This document shows, one piece after another, positions 37,401 through 46,482 of a DNA stretch of 56,185 nt (its first letter is position 1; each line of letters opens with the position of its first letter). The stretch is from Clostridia bacterium. GTDB lineage: Bacteria > Bacillota > Clostridia > Monoglobales > Firm-18. A program made the translations under genes and the position numbers. The DNA is taken from assembly GCA_045576675.1 (NCBI GenBank), contig JAZNGX010000104.1:1-56185 (forward strand), read 5' to 3'. Under the pieces are notes generated by a model. That model worked only from the letters and a program-made list of their open reading frames with translations. It did no database searches and was not told where the DNA came from.

Positions 37401-37504
37401 AAATATAACGCAGGATTTTCCGTACCGGCGGCAAAAGCCGTCGGTACAAGATTTAAAAGTGATACAATTAAAATTACAAAAGTCAGTACTCTTGTATGCT
37501 TCAT
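34478..37504 (-). CDS. Secreted multidomain protein: two LamG modules, copper-amine-oxidase-N-like repeats, C-terminal BNR/sialidase-fold propeller
   Basis: Signal peptide MKHTRVLTFVILIVSLLNLVPTAFA. LamG_3-type segments (…LDELRVHNYAV; …LDEWNIYNRSISSEEA). Cu_amine_oxidN1-like repeats (VMIPLDFITEVYGAKLDW; YYLPLRFVFETFGQYV). Asp-boxes SDDNGATW and STDGGYTW. Family motifs SPSITKLPDGALIVYHD and HDANMITFYRIKNFR. Confidence 0.75.
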   Translation of the reverse strand: MKHTRVLTFVILIVSLLNLVPTAFAAGTENPALYLTFETLEGGRLNNYMPNFCDISLNNVKAYNDGYRGVAAEIGSYGAINIANGQLGKMLENTSGMSFSAYIKTTENSGTNLLTVYSYGNEKGISISLSGSKLKAYARTDKNETLKGAEYQIDKPLNNWTHVLVSMDFINGSVKFFIDGEFKKSQSVNFMGNKFLFDGAAQNDIIGDSEMYLDELRVHNYAVTCSEPAEIIKGDEAEPSELPYVDILADNLVAGFSFDEGEGDVTKSHGKVEVEALMQNTEWDEGVRGTALRFHPSERSMVTIGNDVLNGLVGADGFTVSGWLYVNDKPNVTYRIMSLNIAGTKAAMHLSYSADTFQLATRSCPTDALQGRSYIWSEVGKWLFVTVTADFNANTVKFFVNGQELESVQGTDVTTYSQKTFSCADAQPSTIGGDPTTPTYNMTFAGMLDEWNIYNRSISSEEARYVYIDYGTVAPREKDSANYAIMDSLSKNTAVFAVEANEAFYKGKRHRMDWDNINAAPYFCNDTVMIPLDFITEVYGAKLDWTDDNNGELIYANTKISFELESNIYKVNGIDNILDVTPQLVDGTYYLPLRFVFETFGQYVYYEDGVIAVGDKTSITNTFKREEYAGWAKLALCELPYIQQTANHPATRVEIAHSDVGVTSNLCYASPSITKLPDGALIVYHDAYVYGGASHGGFIYRSDDNGATWKHIADVDTMMASIFELNGDLYIMGVLRGNPTVTLQKSTDGGYTWTYPADNTTGLITNSKVTQAHCGPTPVVISNGRIYRAYENVIGSGFSNYCAFMLSADINSNLLDADSWTFTDPVKLNVADVPEGVSTQGPGWLEGNAVIGPDGGIYNIIRVNFEPDFGYAGILKLSEDNTKLTFEKFVEFDGGMTKFVVRRDEQTGKYISLVNNITNIDYSKQRTVLSMSVSDDLENWRLAETLLYPNELENWENIILTRAFQYVDWIIDGDDILYVVREAGEGAPNYHDANMITFYRIKNFRQYL

Positions 37505-37518
37505 AGTTATATGCCCCT

Positions 37519-39303
37519 TTAGTTATTATTAGGATACTCAAATGCATTTACATAAGGATTCATTGCAACAAAATTGTCCCATACAAACAGCTTTACACTC
37601 TGACCTTCAAGACCTTCGGCTACACCATCTTCCAATGTGACAGGAAGAGTTGTTTTCTCACCAACTGCAAGTGCAGGGAATGTTGCAATCTTAACTGATT
37701 TTAATGTGTTTCTTTCTGTTTCGTATAAAGCAAGAATTGCTACAGCCTTATTTTCTTCAATCTCTGCACCTGTCTGATTAGCTATTTTCATTGAAGCTGT
37801 AATGCTTGTTCCACTAACTGAAAACTCAGGTGTAACAAATGGCATTTCCTGTGCAAGCTCTAAAATTTCATTTGCTGAAAGCTCACGTCTGTACAACTTT
37901 GTGCTATCCATTGAAACGCCTGCAGCACCAATTGTATCCAACACATTACCGTTGGCATTAGCAATAAATCCATTTACAAAGCCAAGTGATAAGTGCTTCT
38001 CATTTGTTAGTGTTGTTTCATTGCATAGCTTTCCGTCGAAATAAACTTTTAATGTTTTTGTTGTATAATCAATTGTTGTTGCAATATGATGCCAATTATC
38101 GTCATTTGCTTTAAGCAATTTATCTGATGTAATTCCACCCCAGCTATCAACATATGTTGTTCTTGCCCCGCAAATAATTCTACCCTCTGCATTTATCGCT
38201 ACCTTTAAACCTGTGGTTTTAGTATTAGAGCCGTTATTTTGGGTAGTATGTCCCAACAAAACACTTGTTTCTGCTGAGGGTAAAACACCATTATCAAGCT
38301 TTAACCATGATGAGAATGTGATTGCTTTTGCACCACAAAGTGTACCAAACAATGATGTTGGAAGTGCAATATTTTCAGCAGCGCCAAATTTTGCAGCATT
38401 GCCTGTTACACCTGTAATACTCTCAACATTTGAAGCTGATGCATTACCGTTGCCACTTGCTATATCTGTAATTCCATTGCATATATCTTCAAAATCATAT
38501 TCAATTGCCGCACCTGCAGCTTTTTTAATCTGGTCTTCAGTTAATTTTGATTTATAAACCTTAACCTCATCTATTGATGTTCCCTGACCACACATATAGA
38601 ACATATGTGTATCTGCACCTGTATAATTAAAGGTTTCTGAATCAAACACAACGCTTTCTTCTGCTGCTAACACACCATCCCAATATATTGCCATTTTGTC
38701 ATTCGCATAGTCAAGAACTACAGCAAAAGCGTTCCAGCCGCTTGCATTTGACCAACCATTTCTGCAGGCATATTTCACTGGGAAATGCTTATTTACATTA
38801 GCCCATACATCACTTGTTGTAGAACGTGCTGCAAGTGTAATTCTCTCGTTTTGTTCACCATTAACCTTTGAAGTAACATTCATCTTTATTGACACATTAC
38901 CTGATGACAGCATTACAATCGGCTCATTAGCACTGTGACCAAGTGATTCTTTTTTCATAAATCCAGTAATTGTAACTGCTGATGAACCCTTTAATTCATC
39001 AACAAAGTCTTTTGCATTCATACTCATATGACCACCGGGCAAGCCGTTGTCGCCTGTGTAATTTGCAGCAGAGCCGTTGAAATTAATTGAATTTCTTGAC
39101 ATTCCATTAATTACTTCATATGATGCATCATCAATAGTCATATCATAGCCGTTGCCTGTAAGGTCTGCCACCTTGCCGTCTGTTGTGATTTCATCAAAGC
39201 TCCAGTAAGCCACAAGAGAATCCGTGGGAAGCTCAGCTGCAAAAGCAATCATTGAGCTAACCAGCATTGTTAGAATTAATAGTGAAGATAATAATTTTTT
39301 CAT
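37519..39303 (-). CDS. Secreted LamG (concanavalin-like lectin) repeat protein with C-terminal beta-sandwich module
   Basis: Signal peptide MKKLLSSLLILTMLVSSMIAFA. LamG_3 patterns (LVAYWSFDE…DLTGNGYD…; IDEVKVYKSKLTEDQI; TKLYRRELSANEI). C-terminal module AILALYETERNTLKSV…SVKLFVWDNFVAMNP. Confidence 0.7.
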   Translation of the reverse strand: MKKLLSSLLILTMLVSSMIAFAAELPTDSLVAYWSFDEITTDGKVADLTGNGYDMTIDDASYEVINGMSRNSINFNGSAANYTGDNGLPGGHMSMNAKDFVDELKGSSAVTITGFMKKESLGHSANEPIVMLSSGNVSIKMNVTSKVNGEQNERITLAARSTTSDVWANVNKHFPVKYACRNGWSNASGWNAFAVVLDYANDKMAIYWDGVLAAEESVVFDSETFNYTGADTHMFYMCGQGTSIDEVKVYKSKLTEDQIKKAAGAAIEYDFEDICNGITDIASGNGNASASNVESITGVTGNAAKFGAAENIALPTSLFGTLCGAKAITFSSWLKLDNGVLPSAETSVLLGHTTQNNGSNTKTTGLKVAINAEGRIICGARTTYVDSWGGITSDKLLKANDDNWHHIATTIDYTTKTLKVYFDGKLCNETTLTNEKHLSLGFVNGFIANANGNVLDTIGAAGVSMDSTKLYRRELSANEILELAQEMPFVTPEFSVSGTSITASMKIANQTGAEIEENKAVAILALYETERNTLKSVKIATFPALAVGEKTTLPVTLEDGVAEGLEGQSVKLFVWDNFVAMNPYVNAFEYPNNN

Positions 39304-39316
39304 AATTAAACACTCC

Positions 39317-40555
39317 TTAATAAATTAAATCTCTAAAATTGTTTATTCTGTGGAAAGTTAATAAATTACAGTCGTGAGCACAATTACTGTCCTTGTCACC
39401 TGAACGGGACGCTATTATTAAATCATCACCGTCGATTGACATTGCAGCATAATGTCTTGCCTCACGCTGCGCGTTACCCTGGTCAACCATACCTGCAAAA
39501 CGCCAGTCAACCATATTTTTTGAAAAATGCAGCTGCAAGCGCTGTCTTTCGTTGTTAGGCAGATTAAATCTGTCCTCAGGCAAAAGCTCTGCCCTTGTCA
39601 TACTGTCGGTTGCCTGTGTTGACAACAGCCAGTACATTTTTGAAACCTCATCGTATAAAATATGAAATTTCATCTGTCCACCCGGCATTGGGATAAATAA
39701 TATTTTCTTGCCTGATGGTACTGTTTCTAGCTCAGGTGTAAGACTCCCATCCTCGTGCTCACGGATTTTTAACATACACGCATAATTTGTTCCGCCTGTG
39801 TGGGCACGCATAAACAAGTGGAAGCAGTTTTCATCGTACCAATAATGGGATTTGTCATAAATCTTTACGATGTTTGTTTCCAGCCATCCGGGAGGAGCAC
39901 ATCTTGCTCTTCCGTATAGCTCACTGGCTGTTTCGGGCGTAGCATAAAATGGTACTCCGAAATAATCAAGCTCATTTGCTTTAACCGCCTGCCTGAATGA
40001 CATAGGCTTGGAGAAAATCCAGTTTTCTTTTTTGGTAAGGTCGGTTCCCTTTTTGCCCTTTAATACAACAGGTGTAAGACTGCCGACATTCCAGCACGTC
40101 ATATCACGGTGTATATCCTTTTCCATTGTAAGATAAATGTATCCGTTATGCTCAATATAATTTGTGGGTGCTGCGTGATAGTACTCACCCTCTGTCAGTG
40201 CTACAGGCGGCTCCCATGTTTCTCCGCCATCTGTCGAACGTATAATCATACATTCGTGACACTGACCTATAATATAAACTGCGTCATCCCCATCAGCAAA
40301 AAGCCTTGCATGTTCAAAAGGGAACGAATCTACAAATCGAAAGCTTTTGCCATCATCATCAGAAATATAAATTCTGCCTCTCCACAGCTTGCCTTCTCTT
40401 TCAACGTTATCAAGAGTTGCAACACTCTTACCTCCTGCATCCATTGATACAATTATTTTACCCCTGTGCTTTATTACGGACGGACTATAGGCACAGATTT
40501 CCTTAGGATTAGGTGAACGAAAAACAGTTGTATAATTTGCTCCTAACATTTCCAT
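39317..40555 (-). CDS. Cytoplasmic BNR/Asp-box sialidase-fold beta-propeller protein
   Basis: 412 aa with no signal peptide. Asp-boxes SDDDGKSF and STDGGETW. Family motifs YSPSVIKHRGKIIVSMD and HDCNLLTFHRINNFR. Confidence 0.7.
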   Translation of the reverse strand: MEMLGANYTTVFRSPNPKEICAYSPSVIKHRGKIIVSMDAGGKSVATLDNVEREGKLWRGRIYISDDDGKSFRFVDSFPFEHARLFADGDDAVYIIGQCHECMIIRSTDGGETWEPPVALTEGEYYHAAPTNYIEHNGYIYLTMEKDIHRDMTCWNVGSLTPVVLKGKKGTDLTKKENWIFSKPMSFRQAVKANELDYFGVPFYATPETASELYGRARCAPPGWLETNIVKIYDKSHYWYDENCFHLFMRAHTGGTNYACMLKIREHEDGSLTPELETVPSGKKILFIPMPGGQMKFHILYDEVSKMYWLLSTQATDSMTRAELLPEDRFNLPNNERQRLQLHFSKNMVDWRFAGMVDQGNAQREARHYAAMSIDGDDLIIASRSGDKDSNCAHDCNLLTFHRINNFRDLIY

Positions 40556-40571
40556 TATAAAATCCTCCTTT

Positions 40572-43160
40572 CTATTTAATCTTATATATTAATACTTCAT
40601 AAACATAACAGTATCTTGTTCTTATAAGCACTCTGTAGCTGTCATTATTAACACAACGCTGCAAATAACTAAAATCTGCACCTCTTATGTCTTCGTCTTT
40701 TGCTGTCATATCGCAGTAAATATATTTTGTCTGCTTTGCAGTATCATGAACAGAATGACTTTCCCTTGCATTTGAGCCTTCAGGCTTAACAAGCAGGTTT
40801 GTTCCATCTATTGCAACAATACTACCATATACAGTTCTTTGAGAACGATTGAAATCGGAATGGCTTGGGTTTGAGCCAACAACGGGATTGGTGTTACTCA
40901 TATCAAGAATTTTTGTCAGCTTAGCAATTTTTCCCGAATAATCGATACCTAATCTGAAAGCGTCTCCGTATTCAAGCCTTGTATTGTTATATACTGCTTC
41001 TTCCTTTACAATAGTTTCTTTATAAGCTCCTCTTTCCCAATACGAAAGCTTGTATGTTTCTGCTCCGTCAGCATCCATTACACGAGTAACCTTTTCAAAT
41101 ACATTTATTGGCGTTTCAAACTGAACACCATCATCGTCTGAGGTTATAAGCAGTATTTTTGCAACATCTGCTTCACTGCAGTCATAAGCTGCAACCGAAT
41201 AAGCTTCATCGTTTGCAAAATAACTTAATGTTGATGCTTTGTAAGCTTCTTTATCATTAATATTCTCCCTGCTTGACGGTACAACCATTACAATAGTTTT
41301 TGTGCTTACTCCGATTACGCCGTTAAACGAGCGTGACGAAGGACGCCAGTTTCTGGAAGCTTTTGTATAATTTTCAATTAACAGATTTGTATTCTGACTG
41401 GATATGCCGGATTGTGCAAAATAAATTTCTTTAAGCTCGTTATTCTTGTTAACACGATATTTTATAAGCTGGTTATTAACATCATTAGCAAGATTGCCGT
41501 TTCTGATTCTTGTTAAAAGCTGAACCGTTGTATATTCATACTGTTCATCAACCTTAACCTTATCAGGCACTTCAATATCAACAGTATCACCATACTGATT
41601 AAATACTCTGATAATCGAAGGATTTACAAAGCTGATACTTGAAGTTGCTGCCATTATATAACCATATGTAAGTCCGTTTTGGTTATTTGATATAACGTGA
41701 GCAATGCTGCCACGGAAGTCAAGCAGGAATTTACCGCTTGTGTCTAATGTGATTGCCTGCTCCCTTCCATTGGTAACTGCCTCATTAAAGCTTGGTGCAA
41801 CATCATACCAAACGTCATTTACCAACACCTTATCTTCATAAGTTTCAGTAACAATACCTTCTGTAACAGATGTACTTATATAAACTTCAACATAGTCTCC
41901 GTCATCGCTTTTGCATACTGAAATAACATCTTCAGAATTAACATCGTTAATGCTAACCTGAACGCCGTTTTTATAGAATACCAAAACATCGTTTTGCTCA
42001 TCGGTAAGCGGAACGGCCGTATGATAAATATCATACACTACTTCATTGTCCTTATCTATTGAGCTTACGACATAGTTGTCAAACTCTTTAACAACAGCAA
42101 CCTCATACACACCGTCGTTATCATTATCAATCAGCTTAACATAGCCATAATCAGGCATCCAGTCGTAGCCGAAATCCACACTGATGAATTTTCCGTTTTT
42201 AATAACGTAAATATTGTTATCCATTTCATAATAGATATTATCAGTGCTATCATCATATAGCCTGTCATTTTTAATTCTTATATCCTCAGAATTAACTTGT
42301 GCAGTTGAATTTTTTATGCTTGCACAAACTGAATATATTTCAAGTTCGTTATTATCTTTGTCATTAACATACAAAAAGTCAACTCTGTATCCCAAAAAGC
42401 TTTCAGCAAGCTTGCCGGGGTCGTAATAATTATTTCCGTCAATTACAACCATATCCTTTATACAGCCCTGTGCCTTGGTAAGAGATGTGGTTTCTGTGGC
42501 AGTTACAATTCCGCTACCATAACTAAGTGAATATTTACTGTAAAATATATTGCTGTCTTCTTTTATTTCATAGCTTAAATATGCACTGTTGTAATTGCTT
42601 TCCATTTTATCCACGGTCATAGCAGCATATAAAAGTGAAACTGCTTCTTTTCCTGTAAGCTTTGCACCGTAATCACTGATAAACTTTGAAATACCCGTTT
42701 TATGTGCAGCAGTAATATATCCAAACGGATAACCGCCATCCTGCTCTGCCATAGGTGCATAGCCCAACAGCTTAAGCAGAATTGTTACTGCTTCATTTGC
42801 GTTGATTGTACGTTCCGGATAAAAATAATTATCCTCACCCGTAACAATCCCCATTTGGTAAAGATTTAGTATTTCAGCAGCGTATTCCGTTGCATTGGTA
42901 ACATCAGCAAATGGTGAGTTGTTAACATTACCTTTATATTTTGCTGAAAATGCTCTTGCAGCCATTGCTGAAAACTCGCCTCTTGTAATTTCCTTATCGG
43001 GCGAAAGCTGTGCAAAATCATCATCCAATATACCAAGCTTCAGCAAAATTTCAAAGTGCATTGAATTGTCAGCACCAGAAAATTGATTTGCGTAAGTTGT
43101 CGGCATCATCAATGAAAATGCAAAAGTCATACATAGTATAAAAGCAATTATTCTTCTCAT
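40572..43160 (-). CDS. Secreted surface protein with N-terminal SLH repeats and a large uncharacterised C-terminal region (paralog of 9293-12538)
   Basis: Signal peptide. SLH repeats (…LSPDKEITRGEFSAMAARAF; FADVTNATEYAAEILNLYQMGIVTGEDNYFYPERTINANEAVTILLKLLG; GGYPFGYITAAHKTGIS…). Its ATG overlaps the upstream stop (ATGA at 43157-43160). Confidence 0.75.
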   Translation of the reverse strand: MRRIIAFILCMTFAFSLMMPTTYANQFSGADNSMHFEILLKLGILDDDFAQLSPDKEITRGEFSAMAARAFSAKYKGNVNNSPFADVTNATEYAAEILNLYQMGIVTGEDNYFYPERTINANEAVTILLKLLGYAPMAEQDGGYPFGYITAAHKTGISKFISDYGAKLTGKEAVSLLYAAMTVDKMESNYNSAYLSYEIKEDSNIFYSKYSLSYGSGIVTATETTSLTKAQGCIKDMVVIDGNNYYDPGKLAESFLGYRVDFLYVNDKDNNELEIYSVCASIKNSTAQVNSEDIRIKNDRLYDDSTDNIYYEMDNNIYVIKNGKFISVDFGYDWMPDYGYVKLIDNDNDGVYEVAVVKEFDNYVVSSIDKDNEVVYDIYHTAVPLTDEQNDVLVFYKNGVQVSINDVNSEDVISVCKSDDGDYVEVYISTSVTEGIVTETYEDKVLVNDVWYDVAPSFNEAVTNGREQAITLDTSGKFLLDFRGSIAHVISNNQNGLTYGYIMAATSSISFVNPSIIRVFNQYGDTVDIEVPDKVKVDEQYEYTTVQLLTRIRNGNLANDVNNQLIKYRVNKNNELKEIYFAQSGISSQNTNLLIENYTKASRNWRPSSRSFNGVIGVSTKTIVMVVPSSRENINDKEAYKASTLSYFANDEAYSVAAYDCSEADVAKILLITSDDDGVQFETPINVFEKVTRVMDADGAETYKLSYWERGAYKETIVKEEAVYNNTRLEYGDAFRLGIDYSGKIAKLTKILDMSNTNPVVGSNPSHSDFNRSQRTVYGSIVAIDGTNLLVKPEGSNARESHSVHDTAKQTKYIYCDMTAKDEDIRGADFSYLQRCVNNDSYRVLIRTRYCYVYEVLIYKIK

Positions 43161-44875
43161 TCTGACACCTCCGAAAGCTTAATTACTTCATAAAGTATCT
43201 TTGCACACTGCCCTCTTGTCGCAGTGTCCTTTGGTGCAAAGCTTCCGTCATAACCATTTACCACACCAAGACCTGCAAGAAACTTCACTGCATCTGCCGC
43301 AAAATCCGAAATTTCTTCATTATCGGCAAACTCTACGGTTTTGTCAGCACCCTTAATTCCATTAAGCAGGCAAACTCTGTATACCATTGTGCAAAGCTCT
43401 TCACGCTTGATATCAAGCGTTGCACCTATTTCTTTATCTGATATACCATTTACAATTCCATTGCTTACAGCCAGTTCTACATATGGCTTATACCATACAT
43501 CATCCGCAACATCCACATACTGCGGTACAGCTTTATCACCGTTTTCTTTAATCAAAGCGGCAGAAAGCATTTTTATAAACTCAGCTCTTGTAACCTTTGC
43601 TTCAGGCTTAAAGCTGCCATCAGGATAGCCTGACAGTACTCCACTTTCAACCAAAGCCTCAATTGCTTCATAAGCATAGTATTCATCTTCAACATCGTTA
43701 AAGCTTGGTGTTTTTGGCGTTTCAGTAACTGTTGTTTCAGGCTGTGTCACAACAGTTGAAGGCTTAGTTGCAGAGGTTGCACCAAAAGCTCCTCCGAAGG
43801 AGCCACCGCCCCCTCCACCGCCTCCGCCGCCGGTTCCACCGACAACAGGCTTATTTGTATTTGGTTTGTTTTCTGAGCCGTTAACCGCCTCTGTATATGC
43901 TGTTTTAAAGCTTTCAGCATCTTCATAAGTATTACCTGCAAGTTGAACGTAAACATCCTCTGCATTTTTGCCGGAAATCAAAGAAAGGTCTATACCAAGA
44001 TATGTTTCAAATTCTTTAAGAACACTTTCGATAGCTGTACTTTTAAAGCACTTAACACAAGTCAAAGCAAGCTGAACATTGCACCAGTCATTAAACTCTT
44101 TTACCGAGTCAATTGATTCTTTCTTCAATACATTTGTAATAAAAAGTGACTGATAATCCTTTAAACTTGCGTATCTGCTTTTGTTACCTGTTTCAAAACC
44201 CAGTATTTCCTTTGACATATTAATATCCGATGCAACCTTAATCAAGTTCAACATATCATCATTATCGGCAAGTTCATTTATTTCCTGCAATAGTGAGTTT
44301 TCAAAAAATACATCACGGATTTTCTGAACATCGCCCGCTGTCAATGCTGCAACTTTATCAAGAACAAGCATTTTTTTAGCATCATCAAGGTTCTTATAAA
44401 AAACGGTATTTAAATCAAGCAGCAAGGAGGTGTCAACATCAATAAGAGCTGCAACCTCATCATCTGTTGTACAATCAATAATTTCTTCTGCCAACGCATT
44501 AACAGACTCCAAAGTGTAATACACAACATTCAACTCTTCGACCTGAGAATTTTCTGTGATTTCTTTTATAAACACACATAATCTCTGAAATGAAACTTTT
44601 TCGTTTACGCCAAAGTTAAAGCTGAAGCTGCCATCTGACAATGAAACAGTCTGGTCGATATATTCAACATATTCACTAAACGTCAGTGCATTTATGTTTT
44701 GAATATCACTGTTTGTTTTTCCGTCTTTTAGCATAAGCAACGTAACCTTTGTTTCAGGCTCGGTGTTACCGGCAACAACAATTACTCCGCTTTCTCTTAC
44801 TACCTCTGCCGTTGAAGCAAACACTACGGTATGCAAAACAGTTATAATCAATAAAACTGCAATTAACCTTTTCAA
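43157..44875 (-). CDS. S-layer-homology protein: signal peptide, Ig-like and helical region, poly-Gly linker, three C-terminal SLH domains (paralog of 12550-14283)
   Basis: Linker GGTGGGGGGGGGGSFGGAFG. SLH repeats (FNDVEDEYYAYEAIEALVESGVLSGYPDGSFKPEAKVTRAEFIKML; YVDVADDVWYKPYVELAVSNGIVNG; ISDFAADAVKFLAGLGVVNGYDGSFAPKDTATRGQCAKIL). Confidence 0.85.
   Translation of the reverse strand: MKRLIAVLLIITVLHTVVFASTAEVVRESGVIVVAGNTEPETKVTLLMLKDGKTNSDIQNINALTFSEYVEYIDQTVSLSDGSFSFNFGVNEKVSFQRLCVFIKEITENSQVEELNVVYYTLESVNALAEEIIDCTTDDEVAALIDVDTSLLLDLNTVFYKNLDDAKKMLVLDKVAALTAGDVQKIRDVFFENSLLQEINELADNDDMLNLIKVASDINMSKEILGFETGNKSRYASLKDYQSLFITNVLKKESIDSVKEFNDWCNVQLALTCVKCFKSTAIESVLKEFETYLGIDLSLISGKNAEDVYVQLAGNTYEDAESFKTAYTEAVNGSENKPNTNKPVVGGTGGGGGGGGGGSFGGAFGATSATKPSTVVTQPETTVTETPKTPSFNDVEDEYYAYEAIEALVESGVLSGYPDGSFKPEAKVTRAEFIKMLSAALIKENGDKAVPQYVDVADDVWYKPYVELAVSNGIVNGISDKEIGATLDIKREELCTMVYRVCLLNGIKGADKTVEFADNEEISDFAADAVKFLAGLGVVNGYDGSFAPKDTATRGQCAKILYEVIKLSEVSE
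43781..43840 (-). repeat. GC-rich Gly-codon tract (10 consecutive Gly codons at 43802-43831)
   Basis: Codon-by-codon reading of the plus strand GCC ACC GCC CCC TCC ACC GCC TCC GCC GCC, flanked by further Gly codons. Confidence 0.8.
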
Positions 44876-44893
44876 TTAGTATTCCTCCTAATG

Positions 44894-46465
44894 TTATTTT
44901 GCGTAAAACTTATCATAAGCAGTTTGATATACATTCATTACTTCCTGTAAGCCCATTTCATCAAGCTTTTTAACAAAATCATCCCATTCTTCTTCAATGC
45001 CGCCCTTTGTTATCCATCTTGCGCGTGTGGTTTTTACATACTCGGTAATTTCTGATCTGTACATATTGAAAACTTCTCTCTGCTCTGGTGTGTACCAAAC
45101 AAGCGGAAACATTTCGGTTTCACTAACAGCATAATCTTTATATACCTGATAATATTCCTCACGTCTTTCCTTGCCCTTGTTGCCTGTTACCTTTGCAACC
45201 TCTTCAGCAACAACAGCAAAAGGTCCGAAGTTGATTGGGAATTTTGAAAGACTCGCAGCATTCGGGTCAACTGCAACCGTTGCATATGTGCCATCATCCT
45301 GCTTTTCCAAAGGACCATATAATGCCTGTACACCAAATTCAGGGTCAGCAAGTTCATTCGCCCAACGCATTGAAATCTCAGGATATTTATTGTTTTTGAA
45401 TATTGTGAAATATCCACCCTCAGCAATGTTTAGCTGGCGTCTTACCTGTGCCTTTTCTCCGCTCGGTCCTGTAAGTGGCTCTAACGGGATATAGTTTTGT
45501 GTATTTTCATCGTGTGTATTGCTATAAGCAGAATAAACACCTACCAAATCAGGCTGAGACTTGATTTTAGCATTAAGCTGTGTTGAATTCTGAACAAAAG
45601 ACTCTATATCAATTGTTCCGTCCTCATATAACGAACGTAAGAATTTAATAGCTTCTTTGTTTTCCGGTTGCACAGCGGTGAACAACACCTTGCCGTCCCT
45701 TACCGCAATTCGTTCCGGAACGTCAATAAGACCAAAGCTGCCATAAATATCAAGCTCACCGCCTACGCCACTGTTAAATATGAATGACCACGGAAGCTCA
45801 TCCTTCTGACCATTACCGTTCGGGTCACCATCTTTAAATGCTTTTAATACATTTCTGAATTCTTCTGTTGTTTTTGGCACTTCAAGTCCAAGTGTATCAA
45901 GCCAGCCCTTATTAATAAAAGTTACATCTCTGAAGCCACTGTTAGCTTCTTCCTGTCTTATGTAAGGCAAGCTGTAAATGTGACCATCAAGAGCTGTAGA
46001 AACTCTTTTAGCATATGGAATTTCCTCAAAAAGCTCAACCCATCTTGGCGCATATTCATTAATCAGCTCATCAAGCTGATAAACAACTCCCTTTGATGAA
46101 AGCTCTGTTAACTGTAATTCATTAAGCCTTCTCCACATTATGTCCGGAAACTCTGCACTGGCAATCATAAGATTTACCTTTTCATTAAACGAGTCTGACG
46201 GAAACTCACGCCATATAATATTTACATTTGTTTTTTTCTCAAGGTCCTGCAAAATAGGCATATCCTTGAAATTAGTTACGTGTGGTGCTTTTTGTACTGC
46301 AACCTCCAGTGTTACAGGCTCTTTTGCTATTGGAAGACCTTCTTCGTTAAGCATTGCAAGACTGTCTGTGTCATCTGTCTGTTTTGCCTTACCACAACCC
46401 GCAACAGATGCCACAATCATAATTGTTGCCATTATCAAAGCCATCAGTTTCAAATTTTTTCTCAT
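44894..46465 (-). CDS. ABC transporter extracellular solute-binding lipoprotein (LplA-like, carbohydrate)
   Basis: Lipobox MRKNLKLMALIMATIMIVASVAGCG. 523 aa. Adjacent to permeases. Confidence 0.8.
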   Translation of the reverse strand: MRKNLKLMALIMATIMIVASVAGCGKAKQTDDTDSLAMLNEEGLPIAKEPVTLEVAVQKAPHVTNFKDMPILQDLEKKTNVNIIWREFPSDSFNEKVNLMIASAEFPDIMWRRLNELQLTELSSKGVVYQLDELINEYAPRWVELFEEIPYAKRVSTALDGHIYSLPYIRQEEANSGFRDVTFINKGWLDTLGLEVPKTTEEFRNVLKAFKDGDPNGNGQKDELPWSFIFNSGVGGELDIYGSFGLIDVPERIAVRDGKVLFTAVQPENKEAIKFLRSLYEDGTIDIESFVQNSTQLNAKIKSQPDLVGVYSAYSNTHDENTQNYIPLEPLTGPSGEKAQVRRQLNIAEGGYFTIFKNNKYPEISMRWANELADPEFGVQALYGPLEKQDDGTYATVAVDPNAASLSKFPINFGPFAVVAEEVAKVTGNKGKERREEYYQVYKDYAVSETEMFPLVWYTPEQREVFNMYRSEITEYVKTTRARWITKGGIEEEWDDFVKKLDEMGLQEVMNVYQTAYDKFYAK

Positions 46466-46482
46466 AAATCATCTCTCCTTAT

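Noticed and set aside
20103-40555. Reading the BNR proteins as ordinary sialidases of a sialic-acid (nan) utilisation locus
   Set aside because: No nanA/nanK/nanE, sialic-acid transporter or CBM40 is present. The RIP arginine appears to be missing, and the locus context is LamG/SLH/GH38/GH94-like. They are called only as sialidase-fold.
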